From: an uncultured virus (IMG/VR IMGVR_UViG_3300014204_013755)
Lineage: Duplodnaviria; Heunggongvirae; Uroviricota; Caudoviricetes
Strand: one strand, 5' to 3'
Virus record (IMG/VR): IMGVR_UViG_3300014204_013755
Length of the DNA stretch: 20,000 nucleotides
This document shows positions 1-8,023 of the stretch, one piece after another (positions within the stretch are counted from its first letter, which is position 1; each line of letters opens with the position of its first letter). Under the pieces are notes generated by a model that saw nothing but the letters and a program-made list of their open reading frames with translations, was not told the DNA's origin and made no database searches. Made by a program: the position numbers and the translations under genes.

Positions 1-71
1 GTGAATTTCTCAAAAAGAAAATAGAACAATTGTTAACAAATGAAGAATGGAATCGTTTAAATAGTTATTGA
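1..71 (+). CDS. 3' end of a hypothetical protein (partial, ...EFLKKKIEQLLTNEEWNRLNSY*)
   Basis: Open frame from the window edge to TGA at 69-71, just upstream of the next gene. Confidence 0.55.
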   Translation, partial: EFLKKKIEQLLTNEEWNRLNSY

Positions 72-90
72 AGATATAAAAATTTCAATT

Positions 91-585
91 ATGCTGAACA
101 TAAAAATATACAAACAAAAAACTAATTACACCTGTGGTTGTGCCACACTTCAAATGGTATTGGATTATTTTAACATGCCTGTTCCAAGTGAAGAAGAAAT
201 GGTTTGTATATTAGATTCTAAACAAGAAGAAGGTACATCGTATGATTCTTTAATAGATGGTGCTAAGATTTTAGGTTTACAATGTCAGTTTGGTGAAAAC
301 GGTGATTTTGATAAACTTAATGAATACATAGCAGATGGGTGGCTTCCGATTATTGTTTATAGTTTGGATGTACCACATTTTTCAGTTTATCTTGGGCATA
401 ACGGAAATCATATTCGTTTAGCTGACCCATTCACTGGTGAAAATCAACATTACTTATTAAAGAAATTTGTGAGAAATCAATGGAAAGTTGATGAAAAAGA
501 TTTCAAAAAAATAATACAAGAATATGGATTATCATTTAGTTATAATATAAATTCCACCAGATGGTGGGCAATCTTTAAAAAATAA
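91..585 (+). CDS. Peptidase C39-like (papain-fold) cysteine protease
   Basis: YKQKTNYTCGCATLQMVL (Q...CG nucleophile), PHFSV (His), LADP (Asp): the C39-type triad arrangement. Confidence 0.85.
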   Translation: MLNIKIYKQKTNYTCGCATLQMVLDYFNMPVPSEEEMVCILDSKQEEGTSYDSLIDGAKILGLQCQFGENGDFDKLNEYIADGWLPIIVYSLDVPHFSVYLGHNGNHIRLADPFTGENQHYLLKKFVRNQWKVDEKDFKKIIQEYGLSFSYNINSTRWWAIFKK

Positions 586-589
586 ATAT

Positions 590-817
590 ATGATATAATC
601 TACCTGTTGCCAAGCCGAAACAAAAGTTGGTGAATATAACATGACCCAACGACCAGACATTCATGGACGATTTGTTCAAGGTATTATCCATTATGTTCCA
701 ATAGTTGGAAAATACTGTACCAAATGTGGTAAACTCTGTGATTATACAGATACCGAAGAAGGTATTAATTATTTTACCAATGGTTATATTAAATGGAATA
801 CACTGAGCATATATTAA
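590..817 (+). pseudogene. Small Cys-rich (Zn-ribbon) protein with an in-frame TAA at codon 3; alternatively a 58-aa ORF from ATG 641
   Basis: ATG 590 lies 4 nt after the upstream stop and reads MI*STCCQAETKVG...YCTKCGKLCDY...SIY*; the CC and CxxC ligands lie in one frame. Confidence 0.5.
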
Positions 818-1064
818 ACACCACATACACCATTTCTGACCAAGGCGTTGTTAAAAACATTAAAGGATGAATCACACATCAAATATAAAAATAAGTAAAC
901 ATAGAAAACCAAACAATTATTGGACAAAAGAAAGATGTCATCAAGAATCATTAAAATATATATCCAGAAGGGAATTTGAAATTAATAGTAGAGCTGCTTA
1001 TAGTAAATCGACAAAAAGGGGGTGGATATATGAAATTTGTTCTCATATGATTAAAAATAATTAA
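793..1064 (+). pseudogene. Remnant of a NUMOD4/HNH-type homing endonuclease: NUMOD4-like start (793-870) plus one DNA-binding repeat ORF (867-1064)
   Basis: 793-870 reads MEYTEHILNTTYTISDQGVVKNIKG* (resembles NUMOD4 YxISNxGxV); 867-1064 carries KPNNYWTKERC..ESLKY.SR.EF...S.AAY....K.GW..EICSHM, a repeat seen in phage homing endonucleases; no nuclease core. Confidence 0.55.
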
Positions 1065-1066
1065 AA

Positions 1067-1318
1067 ATGAAAAAAATTCATCATAAATCTGGAAGTGGGG
1101 AGTTTTGTCCTAAATGTGGTCGTGAGTTTATATGGCTCTGGTATGATGCCGAAGAAAAAAATGGTCGCATGGAAATGAAGTGGACATCAGATGAAATTTG
1201 TTTAGATTGTGTCACAAAAAATAATAGTGGTCGTCCACCGTTGGGTTTGAATGACCTCGATAAAATTGAAAAGAGAGGTATATCAAGAGAACAATATTAT
1301 AAAGAAAAAGGATATTAA
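1067..1318 (+). CDS. Small Zn-finger hypothetical protein
   Basis: CPKCG and CLDC pairs; tight packing with neighbours. Confidence 0.7.
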   Translation: MKKIHHKSGSGEFCPKCGREFIWLWYDAEEKNGRMEMKWTSDEICLDCVTKNNSGRPPLGLNDLDKIEKRGISREQYYKEKGY

Positions 1319-1319
1319 A

Positions 1320-1577
1320 ATGAGTACATCAGCTAATGTCATTGAATATCGTATCGAAAAAGATGGTGTGTCTGTTGGTCATTATAGGCAACATTTAATG
1401 TGTAAATCTCATTATGAAGAATTACTAAAATACGAACCATTAAAAGAACACACAATAACACCTTGGGGGTATGATGATGAAGACGAATAATGGGAAGAAA
1501 AACCAGTTAATCTGGAAAAATTTCTTCTGGAAATGATTTCGACAAATAAAATAATTCGGGAACATTTTAATTTATGA
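1320..1577 (+). pseudogene. Hypothetical protein, probably interrupted by TAA at 1488-1490 (intact part 1320-1490)
   Basis: ATG 1320 follows the previous stop; after GYDDEDE* the frame continues WEEKPVNLEKFLLEMISTNKIIREHFNL* to 1577. Confidence 0.5.
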
Positions 1578-1653
1578 TTTATGATACTATTTAAATTTTT
1601 GAATAGTCCTGTAAATTAAGTAATTTTTATATTAAATTATCGTATACTTTTAC

Positions 1654-2016
1654 ATGAAAATATGTAAAAAATGTATACAAGAAAAAGAAGATACTGAATT
1701 TTATAGAGGTACACAACGAGGATTAAATGGTCAGGTTTGGTATTATTTAGATAGTTATTGTAAAAATTGTAGAATTGAATATTCAACAAATCGTTCAAAA
1801 GAAATAAAAGCGAAAGCAGTTGAATATTTAGGTGGAAAGTGTGTTGATTGTGGTTTAATCGATGATATTTGCGTATATGATTTTCATCATACTGACCCAA
1901 TAAAAAAAGAAATGGCATTTGGTCAACGTGGTGGAAAATCATTTGAAGTATTAAAACCAGAATTAGATAAATGTATATTATTATGTTCAAATTGTCATAG
2001 AAAAAGACATAAATAA
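1654..2016 (+). CDS. HNH endonuclease with N-terminal Zn finger
   Basis: CKKC...CKNC; GGKCVDCG...DFHHTDP...ELDKCILLCSNCHRKRH. Confidence 0.9.
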   Translation: MKICKKCIQEKEDTEFYRGTQRGLNGQVWYYLDSYCKNCRIEYSTNRSKEIKAKAVEYLGGKCVDCGLIDDICVYDFHHTDPIKKEMAFGQRGGKSFEVLKPELDKCILLCSNCHRKRHK

Positions 2017-2028
2017 TTTTTATTTCAT

Positions 2029-2036
2029 TAACTTTG
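2029..2036 (+). promoter_or_regulatory. Bacteroidota-type -7 promoter element TAACTTTG
   Basis: Matches TAnnTTTG in an intergenic gap directly upstream of a + gene. Confidence 0.45.
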
Positions 2037-2043
2037 AAAAAAA

Positions 2044-2502
2044 TTGGAAATGAAATCAAAAAATCCTAAGACTCCAGAACAATTAATTGAAATGGAAAAA
2101 AAATTCCGTAAGAGCCTTTTATATTTTAATTTAGGGTTCTCAATTCTTCTCTGGATATTATTTTTCATTTTTTTTCAAATTGAATTCTTAACCCTTTATA
2201 TTATTATTCAATTATCAATAGTAATATTATGGTATAAAATGGTTTTATCATCTGTGGATAGGCAAAAGTGTGTAATTGAAAATAAACCAATAGAAATACC
2301 TGAACCAACTTTTTTATCAAGACTTTTTGTTGGAAATTTATTTAATATCAATTTATTCAAAAAAGGGAAGGATAATGAGTTTAAAACTTTGATAAATAAT
2401 TTTGTAAATAGATTGATATCATTTATAATTCTAATAGTCTCCATGTTTATAATAATTATTTTAATGACTGTTATTATATATTTTATCAAAAAAATATTTT
2501 AA
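2044..2502 (+). CDS. Membrane protein (about 3 TM helices); start may be ATG 2050
   Basis: Hydrophobic stretches LLYFNLGFSILLWILFFIFF, LTLYIIIQLSIVILWY, LISFIILIVSMFIIIILMTVIIYF. Confidence 0.75.
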   Translation: MEMKSKNPKTPEQLIEMEKKFRKSLLYFNLGFSILLWILFFIFFQIEFLTLYIIIQLSIVILWYKMVLSSVDRQKCVIENKPIEIPEPTFLSRLFVGNLFNINLFKKGKDNEFKTLINNFVNRLISFIILIVSMFIIIILMTVIIYFIKKIF

Positions 2503-2511
2503 AAATACATC

Positions 2512-3096
2512 ATGATACAAAAAAATTTATTCGACTTAACTCCTGAACAGGAAGCAACATCTAAAATGTTGTATGAGGGAAAAATAATAAAGTGCTTAGT
2601 TGCCCCCTATCACAGTTATGATAAATTGGGTGAAATGCTCACATATTCTCCAACAACATATCTTTTTCCAGAAAGAGAAATATCATTAAGTCAGATAACT
2701 GGATTTATAATGGCAATCGTTAAAACGAGAAAAATTGATGAGGAAATCCGAATAATTACAGCTAATCAAAACATCATAATGGACATGGCTGATGATTGTG
2801 TTCGGGTTTTAACCGAAGGAGGTGACATTGTTCCATCTCCAACAAAAACATTCATGGCAAATATCCACACCATTCGTTATGAATTATTGGAGAATAAAGC
2901 ACATCAGTTATCCGAAAAAGAAAAAAATGAAGGTGTGAATAAAGTTAATCTCCTAATAAAAAATATTAAAGATGCAATCGAAAAAGGCACAACAAAGGAA
3001 GATTATGATTTAATGTTTATACGGATAAAACTAATAGGTGAACCTATTATCCGAACCAAACTATCCAGTATGATGTCTGAGGTTAAAATATTATAA
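2512..3096 (+). CDS. Hypothetical protein resembling the C-terminal half of ABC-like (AAA_21/AAA_15) ATPases, catalytically degenerate
   Basis: YLFPERE...Q...F...IRIITANQNIIMDM...VRVL...KTFMANIHTI...IGEPIIRTKL; no Walker A. Confidence 0.6.
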   Translation: MIQKNLFDLTPEQEATSKMLYEGKIIKCLVAPYHSYDKLGEMLTYSPTTYLFPEREISLSQITGFIMAIVKTRKIDEEIRIITANQNIIMDMADDCVRVLTEGGDIVPSPTKTFMANIHTIRYELLENKAHQLSEKEKNEGVNKVNLLIKNIKDAIEKGTTKEDYDLMFIRIKLIGEPIIRTKLSSMMSEVKIL

Positions 3097-3111
3097 AAAT
3101 AAATATAAGCA

Positions 3112-3612
3112 TTAATTATATTCATTTGGGTCAATTTCTTCAATGTTTAAGATTTCCAAGTCTTTATCATTTAATAGTGAATATTCATATTCCAATGGGT
3201 ATTCTGCTCTGTTTCCTAACATATCTCTATAATCTAAATTATCAGGTGTGGTTTTAATTGTTATAATAAACCATCTATGAATAGGGTCACCACTCAATAA
3301 TGAAGCAGAAAATAAAAATTCACTGTCTAATATCATATCTTTATCACCCACATAATGTTTACCCAAATTAATTTTATTTATATCTTTTTCTGATTTAACA
3401 TTAATTATTCTATAAAGTATTAATTTTTTTGGTATTTTTTGTAATCCATATGGAAATTCGTTTCTTGCAAAATCTATCAATCTTTCTTCGATTTCATCAT
3501 AGTCCATCCCAGCATAATCCTCACCATTATAAACATCCATAGCGTATTCTTTTGCCATTCTAACATCATCTCTGATTCCCTCATTTAAAAAACACGAAAA
3601 ATTCTTTATCAT
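3112..3612 (-). CDS. Putative ADP-ribosyltransferase-fold protein, possibly virion-packaged
   Basis: LYR ... LGKHYV ... EYEY motif spacing; N-terminal MIKNFSCFLNE leader. Confidence 0.5.
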   Translation of the reverse strand: MIKNFSCFLNEGIRDDVRMAKEYAMDVYNGEDYAGMDYDEIEERLIDFARNEFPYGLQKIPKKLILYRIINVKSEKDINKINLGKHYVGDKDMILDSEFLFSASLLSGDPIHRWFIITIKTTPDNLDYRDMLGNRAEYPLEYEYSLLNDKDLEILNIEEIDPNEYN

Positions 3613-3657
3613 ATTATATTTTTATTTACTACATTCGTATATATTTAAAAAAATAAT

Positions 3658-3891
3658 ATGGAAAATTTATCACAACCTGATAAAACCAATTTTAATGAAG
3701 AAGAAGCACTCCAAAAAGAAAAGGAAATGTTCCTTCTTTGTTGTGGTAGTTGTTTGAATTTTATACATTTTATGGCCGAAGCTGGGTTTTGTAAAATAGC
3801 TGAATGTAATTGTGTGTGTAAAAATCCAAAGGCCATGATTGATATGTTCGATGATAAGTGTGATAAATGGATTATCAACCCAATCTATTAA
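3658..3891 (+). CDS. Small Cys-rich hypothetical protein
   Basis: CCGSCLNF...FCKIAECNCVC...CDKW. Confidence 0.7.
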   Translation: MENLSQPDKTNFNEEEALQKEKEMFLLCCGSCLNFIHFMAEAGFCKIAECNCVCKNPKAMIDMFDDKCDKWIINPIY

Positions 3892-3914
3892 TAGATTTTA
3901 ATTGTAATTTAATT

Positions 3915-4085
3915 ATGATTTTAGAAACCACCATTACAATAAATACTATCATTTTCTTTTTAGACTGGAAAGACCGACAAACCACAACTATACGAGGTAA
4001 TATATTGATGTATGATATTAAAGGTCATTATAAATATCTATCAGAAAGTGAATTATTTGATTATTATATAGAACATTATAATTAA
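3915..4085 (+). CDS. Small hypothetical protein (likely start ATG 3915)
   Basis: ORF ending SESELFDYYIEHYN, after an AT-rich leader. Confidence 0.55.
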   Translation: MILETTITINTIIFFLDWKDRQTTTIRGNILMYDIKGHYKYLSESELFDYYIEHYN

Positions 4086-4903
4086 CCCATCTCATCAAAT
4101 ATAGAATAATCTTCAACTGAGTCATCATTTGCCCAATGAGCGTTTACTATATCTCCCTGTGGATTTATCGTAGCACCAATCATATGGTGTATATCTGAAC
4201 GTTTTTTGGTGAAATCATAAATAAAAAACTGAACTTTAAATGCATTGGCGTAATTATCAAAATGTTCTTTAGATGTGCTAATACACCAAAGTTTAGAACC
4301 CAAAGCGCAAGAAGCTTCATAATCGTTTACTTTAATCATCAAAACATCTTCTCTGGCTTCTATAATATCGACATTATATCCTTTTATTTTTTCGAGATAT
4401 GCAATAAGGTTAAATTCACCTTTTAAATTATCAATGAAATCTTCAGTATCAATTATTAGAGATTCAATATCTTTATAACGACCACCTTTTTTTGAATAAA
4501 AAGTAATTAAAGGTTTAGAATATTCTGTGTTTAATAATATTAAATTTCTTAATTCATCATTAACTAATTCTCTGGTTCTGGATGGTAAAGCTTTTAAAAC
4601 CTGATTTATTTTTTTATTTGCATTAAATTTTTGAAGATAATCATACAGTTTTTCCAACTTATCAAAAGAATCCCATTTAATATCTAAATTAGGTGTGTTT
4701 TGTAATTCATTAAATACTTCTTTTAATTTATCAAATAATTCGTGGTCTCTTACTAACCATTCAGTAAATTTACCGATATAACCCATATTATTTTTTAATA
4801 AATCTTTTAATTTTAAAAAATCTGGATTAGTCTCTGGAATATCATTCTGTTTAAGTATTATTTTGGCTTTATTTAAGAATTCAAATAATTTATAATTAAG
4901 CAT
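4082..4903 (-). CDS. Phage protein with a PcfJ-like C-terminal domain
   Basis: IKVNDYEASCALGSKLWCIS...FDNY...FFIYDF motif; 273-aa ORF. Confidence 0.6.
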   Translation of the reverse strand: MLNYKLFEFLNKAKIILKQNDIPETNPDFLKLKDLLKNNMGYIGKFTEWLVRDHELFDKLKEVFNELQNTPNLDIKWDSFDKLEKLYDYLQKFNANKKINQVLKALPSRTRELVNDELRNLILLNTEYSKPLITFYSKKGGRYKDIESLIIDTEDFIDNLKGEFNLIAYLEKIKGYNVDIIEAREDVLMIKVNDYEASCALGSKLWCISTSKEHFDNYANAFKVQFFIYDFTKKRSDIHHMIGATINPQGDIVNAHWANDDSVEDYSIFDEMG

Positions 4904-4983
4904 GAAACACCTATTTTATTTTGTTTTATATATTATTTTTTGATAATAGATTAACACGATTTTTTTTATAATATTAAATATAT

Positions 4984-4991
4984 TATTTTTG
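4984..4991 (+). promoter_or_regulatory. Bacteroidota-type -7 element TATTTTTG
   Basis: TAnnTTTG at the head of the + strand gene run starting at 5015. Confidence 0.4.
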
Positions 4992-5014
4992 AGATATTTT
5001 TAAATTGATTACAA

Positions 5015-5350
5015 ATGAATATACAAGTCAACAATACGAAAGTGGTAAATGAAACATTAACATTAGATGTTAGTTTCCCTTACTATGGATGGTGGAATCA
5101 TAAAAAAGATTCTATTGTTAAAATGTTTCCAGTATATCACACACACGACAAAAAATTAATTAGTTATATACTCGTGATTAAAGTAGTTAAAGGATTTAGT
5201 TTAAATACCTCAATCATAAGTGATATAATTCATGTATCAAATAATGTAATAGATGAGAATATTACTTATATTCTAAGAGATTATGTTACTGTTGCAACTG
5301 AACAGGAATTTAAGAATTTTAGATTAGAAGCATTAAACGAATTAAAATAA
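5015..5350 (+). CDS. Hypothetical protein
   Basis: 111-aa ORF, first of a tightly packed run. Confidence 0.75.
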   Translation: MNIQVNNTKVVNETLTLDVSFPYYGWWNHKKDSIVKMFPVYHTHDKKLISYILVIKVVKGFSLNTSIISDIIHVSNNVIDENITYILRDYVTVATEQEFKNFRLEALNELK

Positions 5351-5351
5351 T

Positions 5352-6206
5352 ATGGACAACTCAGAAAATAAAAAATTAACACCAAAACAGAATTCTGTAA
5401 TGTATCTACTCCAGAATGGTTGGGAATTAATTACAGACATGGAAATGTCTGGTGCATTGGTGTGTAGTTCGAAATATCAATTTCGTATCAATAATGGGTT
5501 ATTTTTCCGATTGGTTGAAATGGGGTTAATTTTTCAGGCTGGTGCAAGAGACCATTTCTCCTATATATTAACTCCAAAGGGTAAAACTATAAAAACAAAA
5601 CCAGTGTCAATAGATGGTATGGGTCTTGAAGAATTACCCATATATAAAGATGGTGTTGAAGTATCAAAATCAGTGAAAGAAGAAGTTGAACCTAAATCTG
5701 AACCTGAAATAACGTCCGAACCAATACCTGAATCCGAAATTAACAAAGTCACTGAAACCCAAGCATTTTCATATAATGATTTGTATGATGCTATTTGTGA
5801 TTTATCTAAATCATTATCTGATGAGGTAATAAAAATAAACAATGGGATATTAAAAGGTGATACTGGGCTATTGGATATGAAAACAGACCCGATGCAAACA
5901 AAGTCCTTTTCTCGTGGCAAAACTGTCGGTCTTGTAATTGCGAGAGATAGGGCAGATAAAATTATACAAAATAATAAAAAAACAGAATCTCCTTGGACTA
6001 TTTTGGAATTAAAAGAAGGGAAATATACCAATGCCCCTGAACCAGAAAAACCAGTAGTGGCTATATTACAATGGTCAAGTGGAAAACAAGTTCCAGCCAT
6101 CATAAAATATGGTAATTGGGATGACCATAGTTGGAGAACAGTTGATGATGATTCAGAATTGTCATATAGCTTAGATGTTATTAAATGGATGTATTTACCT
6201 GAATAA
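5352..6206 (+). CDS. Mosaic protein: winged-helix-like N-terminus, Pro/Glu linker, DUF551-like C-terminus
   Basis: LTPKQ...LVEMGLI...YILTPKG; EPKSEPEITSEPIPESE; PW...PEPEKPV...W...VIKWMYLPE. Confidence 0.65.
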   Translation: MDNSENKKLTPKQNSVMYLLQNGWELITDMEMSGALVCSSKYQFRINNGLFFRLVEMGLIFQAGARDHFSYILTPKGKTIKTKPVSIDGMGLEELPIYKDGVEVSKSVKEEVEPKSEPEITSEPIPESEINKVTETQAFSYNDLYDAICDLSKSLSDEVIKINNGILKGDTGLLDMKTDPMQTKSFSRGKTVGLVIARDRADKIIQNNKKTESPWTILELKEGKYTNAPEPEKPVVAILQWSSGKQVPAIIKYGNWDDHSWRTVDDDSELSYSLDVIKWMYLPE

Positions 6207-6216
6207 TATTTTAATT

Positions 6217-6513
6217 ATGATAGTAAAAAATATTGGATATTTAAAAATGGAATCTATTTTAAAATTAGAATGGTTTTCTATTTATGAGACACAAAAAAAC
6301 ACTCATATACTTGTTAAGAATACAAGTCAGGAATCTATTAATTTATATTCACCAAAACTGGATAAATTACCATACAAATCAGTAGAAGGTAAAAAAATAT
6401 GTAGGGGAGTAAAAATTTTCGATTCTAAAACAGGTTCAATAGATAAAATTGATACCAGTAAATGGAATAATGTAAATCAAATAATGACATACGAAGAATT
6501 TTGTCCTTATTAA
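6217..6513 (+). CDS. Hypothetical protein (likely start 6217)
   Basis: ORF following the stop at 6206. Confidence 0.65.
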   Translation: MIVKNIGYLKMESILKLEWFSIYETQKNTHILVKNTSQESINLYSPKLDKLPYKSVEGKKICRGVKIFDSKTGSIDKIDTSKWNNVNQIMTYEEFCPY

Positions 6514-6525
6514 AAAATTTATATT

Positions 6526-6708
6526 ATGATACGAACTAAAAAAGAATACCCTTATGTCGTTACAACTATATTACCGAAAGGATGTCCTATTGGTAGTAAG
6601 AAACGGACTACGATTAGAAAGAACTTTTTGAAAACTGAAGAAGAAGCTCGAAAAGAAGTTAAAGCATGGGAAAAAGCTGGATTAGTTTCAGGATATGAAT
6701 TAAGATAA
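6526..6708 (+). CDS. Small hypothetical protein
   Basis: 60-aa ORF in the run. Confidence 0.65.
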   Translation: MIRTKKEYPYVVTTILPKGCPIGSKKRTTIRKNFLKTEEEARKEVKAWEKAGLVSGYELR

Positions 6709-6710
6709 TT

Positions 6711-6989
6711 ATGGAAATGGAAAAGTTAACAGGTTATAAATATAATACCGATATTTTCACATCAGCTTTTATAGCTGAAGTTGACGGTAAAAAATGTGTA
6801 TTATCTACCACCTTTGAAAAAGGTGATGCAGTTGTCAGGTTTGTTGACAGACCAGTGAATAGTTATTGGAAGCACGGCACTGTTGGTTCAACTATGGATA
6901 ATGGTGATACTTTAATATTCAGAGATTGTATTTCCTGTGGAAACACAAGAACTGAATTGTGGTATAAAATAATCACAATAATAGAGTAA
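6711..6989 (+). CDS. Hypothetical protein
   Basis: 92-aa ORF with 1-2 nt spacing to neighbours. Confidence 0.7.
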   Translation: MEMEKLTGYKYNTDIFTSAFIAEVDGKKCVLSTTFEKGDAVVRFVDRPVNSYWKHGTVGSTMDNGDTLIFRDCISCGNTRTELWYKIITIIE

Positions 6990-6990
6990 T

Positions 6991-7476
6991 ATGAAGTTCG
7001 ATAAAGACATAGCCGAGAAGCATCTTAAAAGGCTTTTAAAGCAATATAAAATAGAAGTGGTCAAATGGTCTCGCACATCTTGTGGAAGGGCGTATTGGAA
7101 TGATAAACAAGTAAAAATACCCCATCCTACGGATTTGGATAGGTTCTGTGTTGGTATACATGAAATCAAACATGTTATCGATGGCTATTTTGGTAAATTG
7201 TATCAACGAGAATATGCATGTGAAAAATTTGCAATACAGCAAGCTGAGTTATTAGGATTTGACGATATAGAAACATACCAAGAACGGGCAAGAAGGTACA
7301 TTATAATGACTATTGCTAAAGGTCATTGTCGGGGACTTAATCTGGATAATATTGAACCAGAAATAAAAAGATTCTGTAATATTGATTTCTCAGAGTGGAA
7401 AGGGAAAAAAGTGTTCGTCAGTGGTTGGGGTGATGCTACATATAAAGGTGTACCACTAAATATAGAAATTATTTAA
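6991..7476 (+). CDS. HExxH zinc metallopeptidase-like protein (ImmA/IrrE-like zincin)
   Basis: GRAY...IHEIKH...QREYACE (HExxH plus downstream Glu). Confidence 0.7.
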   Translation: MKFDKDIAEKHLKRLLKQYKIEVVKWSRTSCGRAYWNDKQVKIPHPTDLDRFCVGIHEIKHVIDGYFGKLYQREYACEKFAIQQAELLGFDDIETYQERARRYIIMTIAKGHCRGLNLDNIEPEIKRFCNIDFSEWKGKKVFVSGWGDATYKGVPLNIEII

Positions 7477-7509
7477 CTTATTATTATTTTTTTATATTTT
7501 TATTTCTAT

Positions 7510-7517
7510 TATATTTG
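7510..7517 (+). promoter_or_regulatory. Bacteroidota-type -7 element TATATTTG
   Basis: TAnnTTTG in the 64-nt gap, 23 nt before ATG 7541. Confidence 0.55.
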
Positions 7518-7540
7518 TTCCATTAAAAATGTAAAACATT

Positions 7541-7819
7541 ATGGCTGTAATACACGAAACAACCAAAGAAGATAGAATAAAATTTGAAGAACCAGTACAG
7601 AAACTTGCAGACAACATAGAAACAGATGGTGATTTAAATTATTGTATTTCATTGTTGATGCACAAAATTCTTCAAAAAAGAGGGAAAAAATACCAGAACA
7701 TGAATAATATCATGGGTGCTATCGATTGTGCCAAAATGGAATTTTACCGAACTGTCGCAAGTCCTTATGAGGATATCAAAAAAGAAGAAAACGGAAGTGT
7801 AAGTGATTTTGATAAATAA
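7541..7819 (+). CDS. Conserved small phage protein (DUF6899-like)
   Basis: GDLNYCI...Y..MN..MGAIDCAKMEFYR...PYED.K..ENG motif. Confidence 0.7.
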   Translation: MAVIHETTKEDRIKFEEPVQKLADNIETDGDLNYCISLLMHKILQKRGKKYQNMNNIMGAIDCAKMEFYRTVASPYEDIKKEENGSVSDFDK

Positions 7820-7821
7820 AC

Positions 7822-8013
7822 ATGAATGAATTAAAATCATATATCGGGCAGAAATTAGAACTTAAAGAATTACCACAGTTGAGATTCTATAAACCAAACG
7901 TTACTGTTGGTAATAAGTACACTATTGTAGATGTTGAAGGTTCAAATTTTTGGTTGAATGATGATGATGGGCATTTAACAAGTTTTGGAAGTTGTCGTTT
8001 CATTTTAAATTAA
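7822..8013 (+). CDS. Small SH3-like beta-barrel hypothetical protein
   Basis: VTVGNKYTIVD...WLNDDDG...RF pattern. Confidence 0.65.
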   Translation: MNELKSYIGQKLELKELPQLRFYKPNVTVGNKYTIVDVEGSNFWLNDDDGHLTSFGSCRFILN

Positions 8014-8023
8014 TGGATAATTA

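Noticed and set aside
1654..3096. Functional Septu-like HNH plus ATPase defence operon
   Set aside because: The ATPase-like ORF lacks Walker A and catalytic residues; the HNH resembles a common free-standing phage type and is separated by a membrane gene with its own promoter motif
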